From positions 1 through 64,000 of IMG/VR virus record IMGVR_UViG_3300031963_000075: DNA of 64,000 bases; one strand, given 5' to 3'. Each line of letters opens with the position of its first letter. Within the stretch, counting starts at the first letter, position 1. The notes beneath the pieces are model-generated. The model did not search any database, had not been told where the DNA came from, and saw only the letters and a list, made by a program, of their open reading frames with translations. Of this stretch, positions 1-10,137 are shown one piece after another. The position numbers and the translations under genes were made by a program. The stretch is from a virus.

Positions 1-716
1 ATCATATCAAAATAACCTGAACCAACCCCAACCTGTCTTATTTCGTACCTGATAGGTTGATTTGGTGATGACATATAAACATCAGGTTCGTTATTAGCAC
101 AATTATGTTCTGTAAAGTAAATTAATATCCCTGCTAAATCTAATCCAAATCTCATTCTACCAACACCTAACCATTGATAATCAACCGACATTAAATTAGT
201 GTTAGACCAATCTAAACCTATTGGGTCAAATTCATTACTGTTCCATGTGGTTGTTGCCGCAGTGTAAACTGTTGTACCCGACCTCCATATCTGAAAACTT
301 ATTTCATTTGTAACCCCATTACTTTCCAAAAAGTATCCATCAAAAACTGAATTGTATGGTGACCCTGTTATTGTTGTAAAAGCCCCAACCCTTTTTATGA
401 TATTTGTTTCTAACTGAAAATTTGAGAAACTCGCTTGAAATAACTGACTTTTACCTGGTTGATAAATTGGGTGTGTCTTACCTTGTCTAATCACCAAATC
501 ATTATTTGCGGATGTTGACATTCTAACTCTTGCATACTCTTGATTAAAAATGGATGTTGCAGTTCCTGCGGTTACCTCATTAATTTGTAACGGATTTTTA
601 TCGTATACGTGTTTAATATCCACTAAATTTTGAACTGCTGCGGTTCTCAATCTACCAAATGCATCCAAATTTGCACTATCACTATAAGAAATCTGATTAT
701 TAAAAATAAAACTCAT
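1..716 (-). CDS. Putative virion structural protein, 3'-truncated by the window start (not in ORF track)
   Basis: ATG at 716 overlaps the TGA of the upstream gene (ATGA). The frame MSFIFNNQISYSDSANLDAFGRLRT...YQPGKSQ...DYQWLGVGRMRFG is open to the window edge. DAFGRLR/YQPGKS/WLGVG motifs recur in phage virion proteins. Confidence 0.7.
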   Translation of the reverse strand, partial: MSFIFNNQISYSDSANLDAFGRLRTAAVQNLVDIKHVYDKNPLQINEVTAGTATSIFNQEYARVRMSTSANNDLVIRQGKTHPIYQPGKSQLFQASFSNFQLETNIIKRVGAFTTITGSPYNSVFDGYFLESNGVTNEISFQIWRSGTTVYTAATTTWNSNEFDPIGLDWSNTNLMSVDYQWLGVGRMRFGLDLAGILIYFTEHNCANNEPDVYMSSPNQPIRYEIRQVGVGSGYFDM

Positions 717-1246
717 ATTATATACCAATTTCCGTTTCTCACCATAACAGTAAGAGACATATAGTTTATATTCATATCAACGTATGAATTACCATCAATT
801 AAACCTGATGTTGGTGTTAATCTTATTCTGTATGTACCACAAGTTCCAGATTCATCTTTTATTGTTATAAAATAACCATCTTTACCAACAGTAGATGGTA
901 AAGTCAAATCTACATTCGAACTTCCACTAATACCCCAATATGATTTGTCCCAAATTAATGTTTGTGATGTTGTTATACCTGTTACGGTATAAAAATCGCT
1001 TCCACCAGTATAGAATCCTGTTACATTAAATGTTCCTCCCGTATTATTTCTAAATGTTACTGTTCCGTTAGAATATGTTCCACCAGTCACAAAAACATCA
1101 AAAAAAGCATCAAAAACTTGTTGTATCGACCCTTTATATGACGAACCGTCAGGATTTCCTTGAGAAACATCAGTCGGATCGACCACATGAATTAAGTCAG
1201 TTGGTTTAATGTATGAAATGAAAGTTCTATCGGTAAGATAACCCAT
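713..1246 (-). CDS. Tail fibre-like structural protein
   Basis: 177 aa; VTGGTYSNGTVTF repeat; C-terminal LTLP...ITIKD...LIDG...GNWYII domain typical of phage fibre proteins. Confidence 0.6.
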   Translation of the reverse strand: MGYLTDRTFISYIKPTDLIHVVDPTDVSQGNPDGSSYKGSIQQVFDAFFDVFVTGGTYSNGTVTFRNNTGGTFNVTGFYTGGSDFYTVTGITTSQTLIWDKSYWGISGSSNVDLTLPSTVGKDGYFITIKDESGTCGTYRIRLTPTSGLIDGNSYVDMNINYMSLTVMVRNGNWYII

Positions 1247-1271
1247 TATATCCTTTTAATTAATAATTATC

Positions 1272-1577
1272 TTAACTTTGAAAATCGTATGATATGTCAT
1301 CCATAAAAAAGAAGTTTTCCCCATTTTGAAACTGTTTGTTCTCAGGGTATACTAAACACGACAATATCTTAAAGTATTCACATTCGTTAAAATCTATTAT
1401 TTTAACTCCTATTGATGGTGCATAATTAAATTGTGGTGGTAGGGTTAAAGTTAATATTGGCGGTTGATAACTTCCGATAGTTGCTAAAATGGCGCATTGA
1501 TTTCCATACACATCACAAGCAAATACCTGATATGGTAATGCCAATGTTGTGCTATTTACAATTTGTATTTGTGACAT
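1272..1577 (-). CDS. Small Cys-containing structural protein
   Basis: Likely start ATG at 1577 (MSQIQ), just after the upstream stop at 1579; shares a ~75 aa module with the N-terminus of 1579..3759. Confidence 0.6.
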   Translation of the reverse strand: MSQIQIVNSTTLALPYQVFACDVYGNQCAILATIGSYQPPILTLTLPPQFNYAPSIGVKIIDFNECEYFKILSCLVYPENKQFQNGENFFFMDDISYDFQS

Positions 1578-1578
1578 T

Positions 1579-3759
1579 TTATATGAAAAAACTTGGGTCA
1601 ATTACGTTAGGTACACCACCTATTTGTTCGTATATTTTTACAAATGGATCTACCACTGGATATCCTGGCCACGTACCATTAACAGGAACATATGACCATA
1701 GTTCGAAGTCTTCAACATTTAATGGATTCGGTCTTGTTACTTTTACTTGTAAACCAATGTTGAGATAGTAACTCAAATTATTAGTTGGTGAATAACTACG
1801 AAATGTCCAATCACTAAAATTACAAGTTTTTGCACTTAAACTTGGGATTATCGTTAGAGGTAATCCAGAATATGGTATTGTTTCATTTATGTATTGAGGA
1901 ATGCTCATCTGAGTTCCAAATGTTGCCGCAGAATATGCAGAGGTACCGGTTTGAGTAACTGCCCATAGAACTATTGGTTGTTCTAACATAGACCCAGTAT
2001 TGCTAACAACACTAATATTATTTGTTGTAGCAGTAGACTGTATATTAATATTTGTAATCACATTGTTTACCACATTTTCACAATTAAAATCACATTGTGA
2101 AAAACTCGTACAATCTGGTATAGTTGGCATAGTAAATGATAATGTCCAAGGTCCAGTTCCACCGCTGGTTACCGTTGAGGAGGGGTGTATGATAAAAGTT
2201 TGGTATCCTGTATTATCTCCACAATTTTCAGCACCCTGTGCTAATGGAATTTGAAGTTGAAAGTACCTCAAATAACCGAGGCTAGTACAATCAAAAGGAC
2301 TTCCTGAGTATAATGAATATTTGGTTTGCCAATCATTATAATAATCAGACATATCATTAAAATCACTGAAAGTCATATTTATCAACCCTATTCCACCAGA
2401 AACTATTTTGTCATATGTTATTGTATTAGTATTTGGTATTTTACAAGATACTGGATATTGTACCGCAGAAATACTACAAAATAATTGAGATACAGAACTC
2501 AAATTATTTAATGTAAAAATATTTTCGTTATAAAATAAGTCTTCGTACACAGTATCAACCCATCTTGTATTAGTTAACATATATTGATAAAAGTCACTAT
2601 CAGTACAAGAGCTGACTTGAAATGTCATGTTTATTCTATCACACGCAGTTGGTGTTGTTTGTGTTATTGACGATTGTATTATTTTAAATGGTGGTGTGTT
2701 ATTTGTATCATAACATAATGAACAATCAAACGATTCTAAACATTCACAATAAAATTGATAATTTGTATTCAGATTAGTTTGATTTGGTGTTATTTTTATT
2801 TCTAAATAATCACCGTTATTTATTGTAAAACCTGTCAAAGTTAAAACTTTTGACAAGTAAGTTTCTGGTGTAAGAAACGGTTTTGCAGTTTTAGGGTTAA
2901 GAGAAAAGTTAAAATTTGTTTCTGTTAAGTCTAACCCTACGGACAAATTTTCAATCACTATTGGATCTTGATAATCGCTACCAAAAAATGTTATTGTAAA
3001 TGTATCAAATACCGAATACCCCAAAACTCGGAACGCAAAATATGGTTTAGTCGGATCTAATGCGAATGTACTATAAACTGGTTGTGGTATGACATTAGTC
3101 GTCGCACTATAAGAAATTTTATGCGAATATTGTGGATAATTTGTTGGTGAACCATTTGTACAAGTAAGTGCGTCAACATCAACAAATGTTGATGAAAAAC
3201 AATTCGCATCTGTGTATTCAACACCGTCTACTGTAATAATTCTTATGATAGGAGTATAAATACCCGCAGCAACAGGAACGGCACTTGTACCCGTTAAAGG
3301 GTGTATATATGTGTAGTCACCACTATATAAACTACCTAATCCTGAAGTGAAAGCAACGTTTGTACTTCCAATTCCAGGACCATACCAATCAATAACATAG
3401 TCGGTAATTGTTGTGTCACAACTACCCGTAACTACACCAACCGATATTTCAGATATTGGGTTAGTGTCATAAAAGTCAAATCCAATTTCACATATATCAC
3501 AAATTTGATTTATTGTTGTAGTTGTTGTAGTTGTTGTTCCAAATGTTTGACAATATATACAATTTTCAGAATCGACTATAGAAACCGAAAATGTTGGGTC
3601 TAAAGCATATGGTGGTGGGATTGTTATAGTTACTGGAACAGATGTGATTGTGTCGACTAATACACAATTAGTATCAGGACATCCTGAACAAACAAAAACA
3701 TCAACAGGATATGTTGCCGCTGATATAGAATTTATTGTAACTTCTGTTGGTGATGCCAT
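1579..3759 (-). CDS. Cys/Thr-rich putative fibre or decoration protein
   Basis: 726 aa; N-terminal Cys module, poly-Thr linker, beta-rich body, about 24 Cys; preceded by TATTTATA motif. Confidence 0.6.
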   Translation of the reverse strand: MASPTEVTINSISAATYPVDVFVCSGCPDTNCVLVDTITSVPVTITIPPPYALDPTFSVSIVDSENCIYCQTFGTTTTTTTTINQICDICEIGFDFYDTNPISEISVGVVTGSCDTTITDYVIDWYGPGIGSTNVAFTSGLGSLYSGDYTYIHPLTGTSAVPVAAGIYTPIIRIITVDGVEYTDANCFSSTFVDVDALTCTNGSPTNYPQYSHKISYSATTNVIPQPVYSTFALDPTKPYFAFRVLGYSVFDTFTITFFGSDYQDPIVIENLSVGLDLTETNFNFSLNPKTAKPFLTPETYLSKVLTLTGFTINNGDYLEIKITPNQTNLNTNYQFYCECLESFDCSLCYDTNNTPPFKIIQSSITQTTPTACDRINMTFQVSSCTDSDFYQYMLTNTRWVDTVYEDLFYNENIFTLNNLSSVSQLFCSISAVQYPVSCKIPNTNTITYDKIVSGGIGLINMTFSDFNDMSDYYNDWQTKYSLYSGSPFDCTSLGYLRYFQLQIPLAQGAENCGDNTGYQTFIIHPSSTVTSGGTGPWTLSFTMPTIPDCTSFSQCDFNCENVVNNVITNINIQSTATTNNISVVSNTGSMLEQPIVLWAVTQTGTSAYSAATFGTQMSIPQYINETIPYSGLPLTIIPSLSAKTCNFSDWTFRSYSPTNNLSYYLNIGLQVKVTRPNPLNVEDFELWSYVPVNGTWPGYPVVDPFVKIYEQIGGVPNVIDPSFFI

Positions 3760-3778
3760 ATTTTATAAATATTATTTT

Positions 3779-6700
3779 TTATGTAAAGTTTATTATATTA
3801 CATGATGGTAATTGTGATGCCCCGTTGAATAATAGTGTGGAGGTTTGTAGGAAGTTTAATCCATAAGGGAACGTTTCGTCAATTGTCCAAACCTGACCAT
3901 ATGATGTGACTATGTGTATTTTTGATGACTCTGTGTACAAACCAAAAGCATCTGTAATTGTTGGGCTAAGTTGTATGTCTATTTCTTGTACACCAGTTGT
4001 ATAATCATACTGACTTATATATTCATTACCATCATCCTTTGTTGTTACTATAAGTTTATTACTTGTAGTATATATAAAGTCACCAGACACTTGTCGTGTA
4101 AAAGGTATGTTAAACTTATTTGTAATTACAGGTGAAACACCACTTATGTCCATTTCTATAATTTGTGTCACACCTGTCACACATATCAATGTTGTGTCAT
4201 CAATTGCTGCCAATCCTGGTCCAAATTGTGTTGATCCAAAACTAATAGTTCTATTGTAATTACCTGAAAATGGTGAAAGTGTTATATCATATTCAAAAAT
4301 ATTAACATTTCCTAAGCTACTGTCTAACAACCAAAGTTTATTTGCTGTATGTGCGTTATCTGAAAAAAACGCAGACACCCAACCTGTAATAAAAGGAACT
4401 AAATTTGTTTCACTATTTGTGGGGGTAAAATACCCATAAACATTTGTAAAATCACAAACAATAACATCACAAGATAAAAGGTCAGGAGGTGTTGGTAATG
4501 ATGGTGTAGGTGTAGGTGTTGGTGTTGGTGAAGGTGTTGGTCCACATTCTCCTGTGTCACAAGAGTAAATGATTGACAAAGTAGCAGAACCAGGACCAGA
4601 AACAACTGTAGGTACTGATGTTGAACACACATAAGCTACTTGTTCTCTTAATAGTATTGATGTTGGTCCGATTTTACAATCATCATAGTCGAATATTGTT
4701 GCCACAAAATAATTACCATCTAAGAAATAACAAAAACAATTTGTAGGTGTCGGGCTTGGTGTTAATGTTGGGGTTGGCGTTAATGTTGGTGTAACACTTA
4801 TTGTAGGTGTGGGTGTTGGTGTTAATGTTATTGTTGGGGTTGGGGTTGCAAATTCAATATCAGCCTCGAAATCCTCACAAGAATCATTTAATGTTATATC
4901 CGCAATAAAATTATTACAATCACGCTGTTTACCACAAGTCTCACAAATTATCTCATATTCAATTAGAAGATTGATTTTAACATTAATATCTGCCAATTCA
5001 TTAAAATTAACCGATATACAATTTTTATTTTTTTCATCACAATTATTTGTTATTGTGATTTTGTTTGTTGCAACATCAATAAACACATCTCCTATTTCGG
5101 GATATTCATTAAGTGTATTTTGTAAGCTTTGGATCCAAAGGTACTCTGCAAAAGTGGCAAATGTTCCCCCAGTATAGGTATAAAATAAATTTTCTTTTAT
5201 ATTACCATCAATGTTTACTTGTGTTGTAAATGTGGCATTAATTATTTGACAACCTGTATTACCAACTGTCAAATCGAAGAATCCTTCATTCATCATTTGA
5301 AGTATCCCTCTTTTCCCATATTTACCCGTGTTAACAAAATCATCACTACAAATAGTATAGGACTCGTATATTGTGGTTATTTCTGTTCCACTTAAAACAA
5401 CCTCAGCCGTTTTAGTACATCCACTACTATCTATAACGGTTACAGAATATGTACCATTTGATAAATTAACTAAATGTAATCCTGTTTGTGAACCAACATT
5501 AGAACTCCAATTAATTGTAAACGGAGGAATACCATCTGTTATATTTAAAAATATTTCACCATCGTTTCCACTTACGGGTTGTATAGTCGAAAGGAAAAAA
5601 TCAACTGGTTGTGATGGTGATATATAAATTAACTCTTGTTGTACACAAGGTGGTGTTGCAGAATCAGAAACTGAAGCCAAATAAAAACCTGGTGTAAGAT
5701 TTGTGAATGTATTTGTTAATTGTGTTGTGGTTGTTATTGGTGTTCCACCTGACAAAGTATACGTTAATGGTAATGTACCTCCTGATGAAGCCGTAATTAT
5801 AACCGTTCCATTATTAAATCCACAAAATGTATTTGAGAAACTTGTTGCAATTGTGTATTTATTCTCATTTAAAACACTAAAACTTGTTGTAAAAATACAA
5901 CCTGAATTATTTGGTATATCTTGTATTGATAATGTATATAAACCACTTGTCAACCCACTGAAATCACAAATTGATAATGCGGTCGTAATTGTTGTATTTC
6001 CGAATGGGTCGGTCAATGTGTATTGAAAGTTTCCTGGTGCTAATCCATTATTTAACTCAATGTGAACTGAACCGTCGTTCAAATTACAGTTTGAATTTGT
6101 TACCTGTAAAGTTGTGACAATAAAACCGTTTGGTGTTAATAAACTAACGGAGGCTGTTGTTGTACATAATCCTGAGTCTGTTACAAATACTGAAAAAACT
6201 CCCGCAGGTAATCCTGTAAAGGTATGAGTATTTCCGAATTCAACTTGGATATCTCCGTTTGAACCTGAAAAATAATATGGTGCGGTTCCTCCTGATAATA
6301 CAACAGTAACCTCCCCATCATTTGTAAAACAACTTGGTTGTTCAGTTGTTAAAATAGAAGCAACTCCAAGTATTGGGACTTCAGATAATGTAATAGTTTT
6401 AGTTAATGTACAACCATTTGCATCTATTATTGTTACACCATAAGTTCCCGGATTTAAACCAATAACTTCAGGTCCTGTTTGAACACCCACATTTGGTGTC
6501 CAGTTATATGTGTATGGTGGTGTTCCTGTTAATCCTGTAACAAAAATTTTACCATTTCCATCTATTGATACGCAGCTAGAATCATTAACACCAAATAACC
6601 CAAAATCCAATGGGTCTGATTCCTTTATTAAACAAACTTCACTTTTTCCTGTACAACCCCCACCATCATTTCCAATCACATAATATAAACCTGGTGATAA

Positions 6701-7135
6701 ATTATTAAAAGTGTTATTAATGTTACTTCCAGTTCCAATTAAATTACCATCGATATCGTACAAATCTAAAGTTGATGTACCATATACGACAGATGTATTT
6801 GCGGTAATCGATCCATTGTTCAATCCACAAGTTGTTCCTGACGCTTCTATCGAAACACAACTTCCTGATGATATTGTAAAATTAAAATAACCTCTTGTGT
6901 GTCCTGGTTCACTACAACTGTCTAATATTTCTACAGTATATGTTCCAGCCGTCAAACTAGTTGCGGTATATGAGGTAACTGGTCCTGCGGGTGGTATTAA
7001 ACCTGTTGACGTAAATTCTGAAACTGAGTAAGGAGAGACACCCCCCGCTATTGTAAAGGAAAACGCCCCTGAACCTGTGTTTTGACAATCGCCTGTTATT
7101 TGAATATTATTCAATATTATTACACCACAACTCAT
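3779..7135 (-). CDS. SprB-repeat adhesin-like virion protein with Pro/Thr linkers and C-terminal beta-propeller-like domain
   Basis: 1118 aa; repeated (D/N)GxIxV...GGTxPY...L.PGxYxVxIxDxxGC units matching SprB repeats; (TP)n tracts; no signal peptide. Confidence 0.75.
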   Translation of the reverse strand: MSCGVIILNNIQITGDCQNTGSGAFSFTIAGGVSPYSVSEFTSTGLIPPAGPVTSYTATSLTAGTYTVEILDSCSEPGHTRGYFNFTISSGSCVSIEASGTTCGLNNGSITANTSVVYGTSTLDLYDIDGNLIGTGSNINNTFNNLSPGLYYVIGNDGGGCTGKSEVCLIKESDPLDFGLFGVNDSSCVSIDGNGKIFVTGLTGTPPYTYNWTPNVGVQTGPEVIGLNPGTYGVTIIDANGCTLTKTITLSEVPILGVASILTTEQPSCFTNDGEVTVVLSGGTAPYYFSGSNGDIQVEFGNTHTFTGLPAGVFSVFVTDSGLCTTTASVSLLTPNGFIVTTLQVTNSNCNLNDGSVHIELNNGLAPGNFQYTLTDPFGNTTITTALSICDFSGLTSGLYTLSIQDIPNNSGCIFTTSFSVLNENKYTIATSFSNTFCGFNNGTVIITASSGGTLPLTYTLSGGTPITTTTQLTNTFTNLTPGFYLASVSDSATPPCVQQELIYISPSQPVDFFLSTIQPVSGNDGEIFLNITDGIPPFTINWSSNVGSQTGLHLVNLSNGTYSVTVIDSSGCTKTAEVVLSGTEITTIYESYTICSDDFVNTGKYGKRGILQMMNEGFFDLTVGNTGCQIINATFTTQVNIDGNIKENLFYTYTGGTFATFAEYLWIQSLQNTLNEYPEIGDVFIDVATNKITITNNCDEKNKNCISVNFNELADINVKINLLIEYEIICETCGKQRDCNNFIADITLNDSCEDFEADIEFATPTPTITLTPTPTPTISVTPTLTPTPTLTPSPTPTNCFCYFLDGNYFVATIFDYDDCKIGPTSILLREQVAYVCSTSVPTVVSGPGSATLSIIYSCDTGECGPTPSPTPTPTPTPSLPTPPDLLSCDVIVCDFTNVYGYFTPTNSETNLVPFITGWVSAFFSDNAHTANKLWLLDSSLGNVNIFEYDITLSPFSGNYNRTISFGSTQFGPGLAAIDDTTLICVTGVTQIIEMDISGVSPVITNKFNIPFTRQVSGDFIYTTSNKLIVTTKDDGNEYISQYDYTTGVQEIDIQLSPTITDAFGLYTESSKIHIVTSYGQVWTIDETFPYGLNFLQTSTLLFNGASQLPSCNIINFT

Positions 7136-10100
7136 TAATTACACAACATATTGAAGTTTATTCCAACGTTAATTTTGAAGTCCTGTGTCACGCTTAATGG
7201 TAAACAGTTACCATTATATATAGTCACAGTTTGATTTGTATTATTTATAACATAACTTAACCCATCTGATTGTAAATCATCTAAAGCGTCCTTCAGAGAC
7301 ACTAACCAAGTGTTTGCACTTGGGTAACTTGCTATAGGATTTGTATTTCCGTAACCTGTAAAAAATTCTTTATGAACTAAGTTTACACCATTTAAAATCA
7401 AATCAACATACCATGTACTTTGTAAGGTGTCCGTTTGACAATTAGGTGGAAGTAAATTATTTGCCAACAATAAATTATTAAGTATCACGGCAAATGATGT
7501 GACATTAGGGTTAGAACCCCAAGGATATATAGGACAAACAACCTCTTGTATTGGACAATCAACCGCAAATAATTGACCAACCAAAGAACATGGTTTACAA
7601 GGTACTGGAACAATTTTACAACCCATTTGTCTTCTCCAAACAAATTTTTGTCGGTGAAAAATAGAGTTTTCTAATCTTACACCTGATGTTAATAAAGTTG
7701 TTGCGGGAATTAATTGACCAACTAATTTAATCCAATAATCACCTAATCCATTCACATACTCAATCATGGTTTTATATGTGAAATTATCATTCGGAATATT
7801 GATTGCTTGGTTAGATTCTAAATACCTCCAATAAATAGATTGTAAGGTTGGGTATCCCCCTGTTTTACCATCTGTTATAAATTGTCTATTTCTGACATTA
7901 ATCATGTTTTTCCAAAACGTTTGAGCGAACTCAAAAAATGTTTTTTGTTTTGGCTTAGGGTTAATTTCTGTCCAATCTATACCACCTCTATTTGGATATG
8001 GTCCATTTGGATATGGATTACAATATGTTGGTTCTATATAGTCCAACCCTTCGTTTGGTATTGGGTAATTGTATCTTCTTGACATAGACCAAACGTCATA
8101 TGCCAACCCTTGTGCCGGATTTAAGAAAACATCAACATTTTTAACATTTATAACAAATCTTTCATCATAAACTCTATAATAAGCGGTAAATCCACCATCA
8201 GAAGTATTTCTTAACCCGTCTTCATCAATTGTCCAACTTTTTTTGTTATCAATTACTTTAACTAAATCATACCCCAAATTCATAAATGGAAACCTTCTAT
8301 ATCTGTCAAGATATATTTGACCATAATTAAACGGTAATAAACTTGTCTGATAACTTGGATTAGAACCAACAAAGACTTGATTTGTTTCATTAACATTTTC
8401 TGGCATATGGTGGTCTGGTGTTGACTCGAACCATCCTCCCCCTATTTGAAAGAAGTAACTTTCAGAGTCTGGAACTGAAGATGGGTATCCTTGACTATCC
8501 ATAGGATAATCACTTCTACTCAAAGTTGTTGCACTAATAACTGTTTGTATTGTAAAACCCGTATATTGTACTCCCATAATTGTAAAAACATTTGTTGGGT
8601 CTAAAACAGGTATTTGTGTCACATATAATCCTCCTGATATATTTAAATATTGATTTTCAAATTGAGAAAGGTTAATTCTTTCATCCGCTAAGTAAACATA
8701 TTCATTAAAGTCTATCAAAGCTTCAGGGGCACCTACTAACCTTAACAAAATTTCTATTGACCTTCTCGTACCTTTGGATTTGAAAAGGTAAGCAGCGTTT
8801 AAAATTAAATTTTTATAATATTGGTAGTTAATTTCGTTTGGTGTCAAAGCTCTTGAGTAACCCGGAAAATTACTTGGTTCATTTGTTCCAAAAACTGATT
8901 GTATAAGTGTTTCATTACTTATTGGTGATATATTTGTTTTCCAACCTAATGTTTCAGCTAAGTTTTTTAGAAGTTGTGATGGTATATCATTTCCCGTATT
9001 GTAATTTACTGATGTCATGTTTGCTAATGACATAACAAATTTTCTCACTTCATCGAAACTTCTACCATATATTTGAAGTATTTTTTCGTACTTTCTATCA
9101 GAAGTATCAAATTCTTTTAATGCTCCTGTTGTGAAAAAACGTGATATTAAATCTGTCTTATATGAATCTAAATTTTCGCAGATTTCATTCAATGATGTTA
9201 AATACTTATCAAAATCATTTGTTCTAATATCCAAGTTCCAGTTTCCATCTAATGGCCAATTTATTACTTCTTGTACGATTGAGTATGTGCCATCATCATT
9301 TTCTTGTGGTACTTGGAATGTTGCACTATATATTGGTTTAATTAGTCTATTTAATAAAAATTGTTCTACCTCATCAAAAAACTCTGTAAATGATTTTTCT
9401 GTGTAAAAACTGTTTGGTCTTAAAACAATACTTTTTGTTGTTGCAGATAAACCATCAAAAGGATTTCCTTTAACATAAAATTTTAAATATTGGTCAACAT
9501 CAGTTGTTGGTGTCAGAAATGTTAAATTATACTCAGTATTGTCAACAAATATTGAATAATTTAAGTACTGTGTTGTCAAATTTCTTAATGGTGAAACCTC
9601 CACTTCACTTAATTGAAGGTTTCTTGTTGCATTTGATGTATAATCAATATCAAAAGGGTTTCGTATCCAATTTAATGGTAACTCCAAATATGTTTCATTG
9701 AGAACTTGGTTATAGACTATATTTACAGCAGTAAGTCCTGTTCTAAAATTTAAATTTGTGGATATACACTCAATAGCGGCCGGAAAATAATTTATTATTT
9801 TTGATACTGAGGTTGAAATTCTTTTTGATAAAGACCCGTATAAAGTAAAATTGGTAACCTCAGATAAATCAAAATTAGGATAAACCTGTAAACTTTGTGC
9901 AACTAGATTTTTAGACTCTTCAATTGAAGATAAATCCAAATCGGAAAGACTAATGGGACTTGAAAACGCCCCAATATTAAACCCTCTGTTTTGTTTTTCT
10001 GATAATCCTGTTGTAAATTCAAAATTGGCGTTTGTGAGTCCACCACCCGCAACTAATTGTACACCAACTAATTCATCGGCAAATGCACTTGCTCCAGTAT

Positions 10101-10137
10101 CTGTTTGTGGTGGCCATTTATATTTTATTACCGCCAT
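7135..10137 (-). CDS. Baseplate wedge protein (P2 gpI / T4 gp7-like domain)
   Basis: 1000 aa; LLKNLAETLGW...AYLFKSKGTRRSIEILLRLVG motif of the tail protein I family; baseplate context. Confidence 0.65.
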   Translation of the reverse strand: MAVIKYKWPPQTDTGASAFADELVGVQLVAGGGLTNANFEFTTGLSEKQNRGFNIGAFSSPISLSDLDLSSIEESKNLVAQSLQVYPNFDLSEVTNFTLYGSLSKRISTSVSKIINYFPAAIECISTNLNFRTGLTAVNIVYNQVLNETYLELPLNWIRNPFDIDYTSNATRNLQLSEVEVSPLRNLTTQYLNYSIFVDNTEYNLTFLTPTTDVDQYLKFYVKGNPFDGLSATTKSIVLRPNSFYTEKSFTEFFDEVEQFLLNRLIKPIYSATFQVPQENDDGTYSIVQEVINWPLDGNWNLDIRTNDFDKYLTSLNEICENLDSYKTDLISRFFTTGALKEFDTSDRKYEKILQIYGRSFDEVRKFVMSLANMTSVNYNTGNDIPSQLLKNLAETLGWKTNISPISNETLIQSVFGTNEPSNFPGYSRALTPNEINYQYYKNLILNAAYLFKSKGTRRSIEILLRLVGAPEALIDFNEYVYLADERINLSQFENQYLNISGGLYVTQIPVLDPTNVFTIMGVQYTGFTIQTVISATTLSRSDYPMDSQGYPSSVPDSESYFFQIGGGWFESTPDHHMPENVNETNQVFVGSNPSYQTSLLPFNYGQIYLDRYRRFPFMNLGYDLVKVIDNKKSWTIDEDGLRNTSDGGFTAYYRVYDERFVINVKNVDVFLNPAQGLAYDVWSMSRRYNYPIPNEGLDYIEPTYCNPYPNGPYPNRGGIDWTEINPKPKQKTFFEFAQTFWKNMINVRNRQFITDGKTGGYPTLQSIYWRYLESNQAINIPNDNFTYKTMIEYVNGLGDYWIKLVGQLIPATTLLTSGVRLENSIFHRQKFVWRRQMGCKIVPVPCKPCSLVGQLFAVDCPIQEVVCPIYPWGSNPNVTSFAVILNNLLLANNLLPPNCQTDTLQSTWYVDLILNGVNLVHKEFFTGYGNTNPIASYPSANTWLVSLKDALDDLQSDGLSYVINNTNQTVTIYNGNCLPLSVTQDFKINVGINFNMLCN

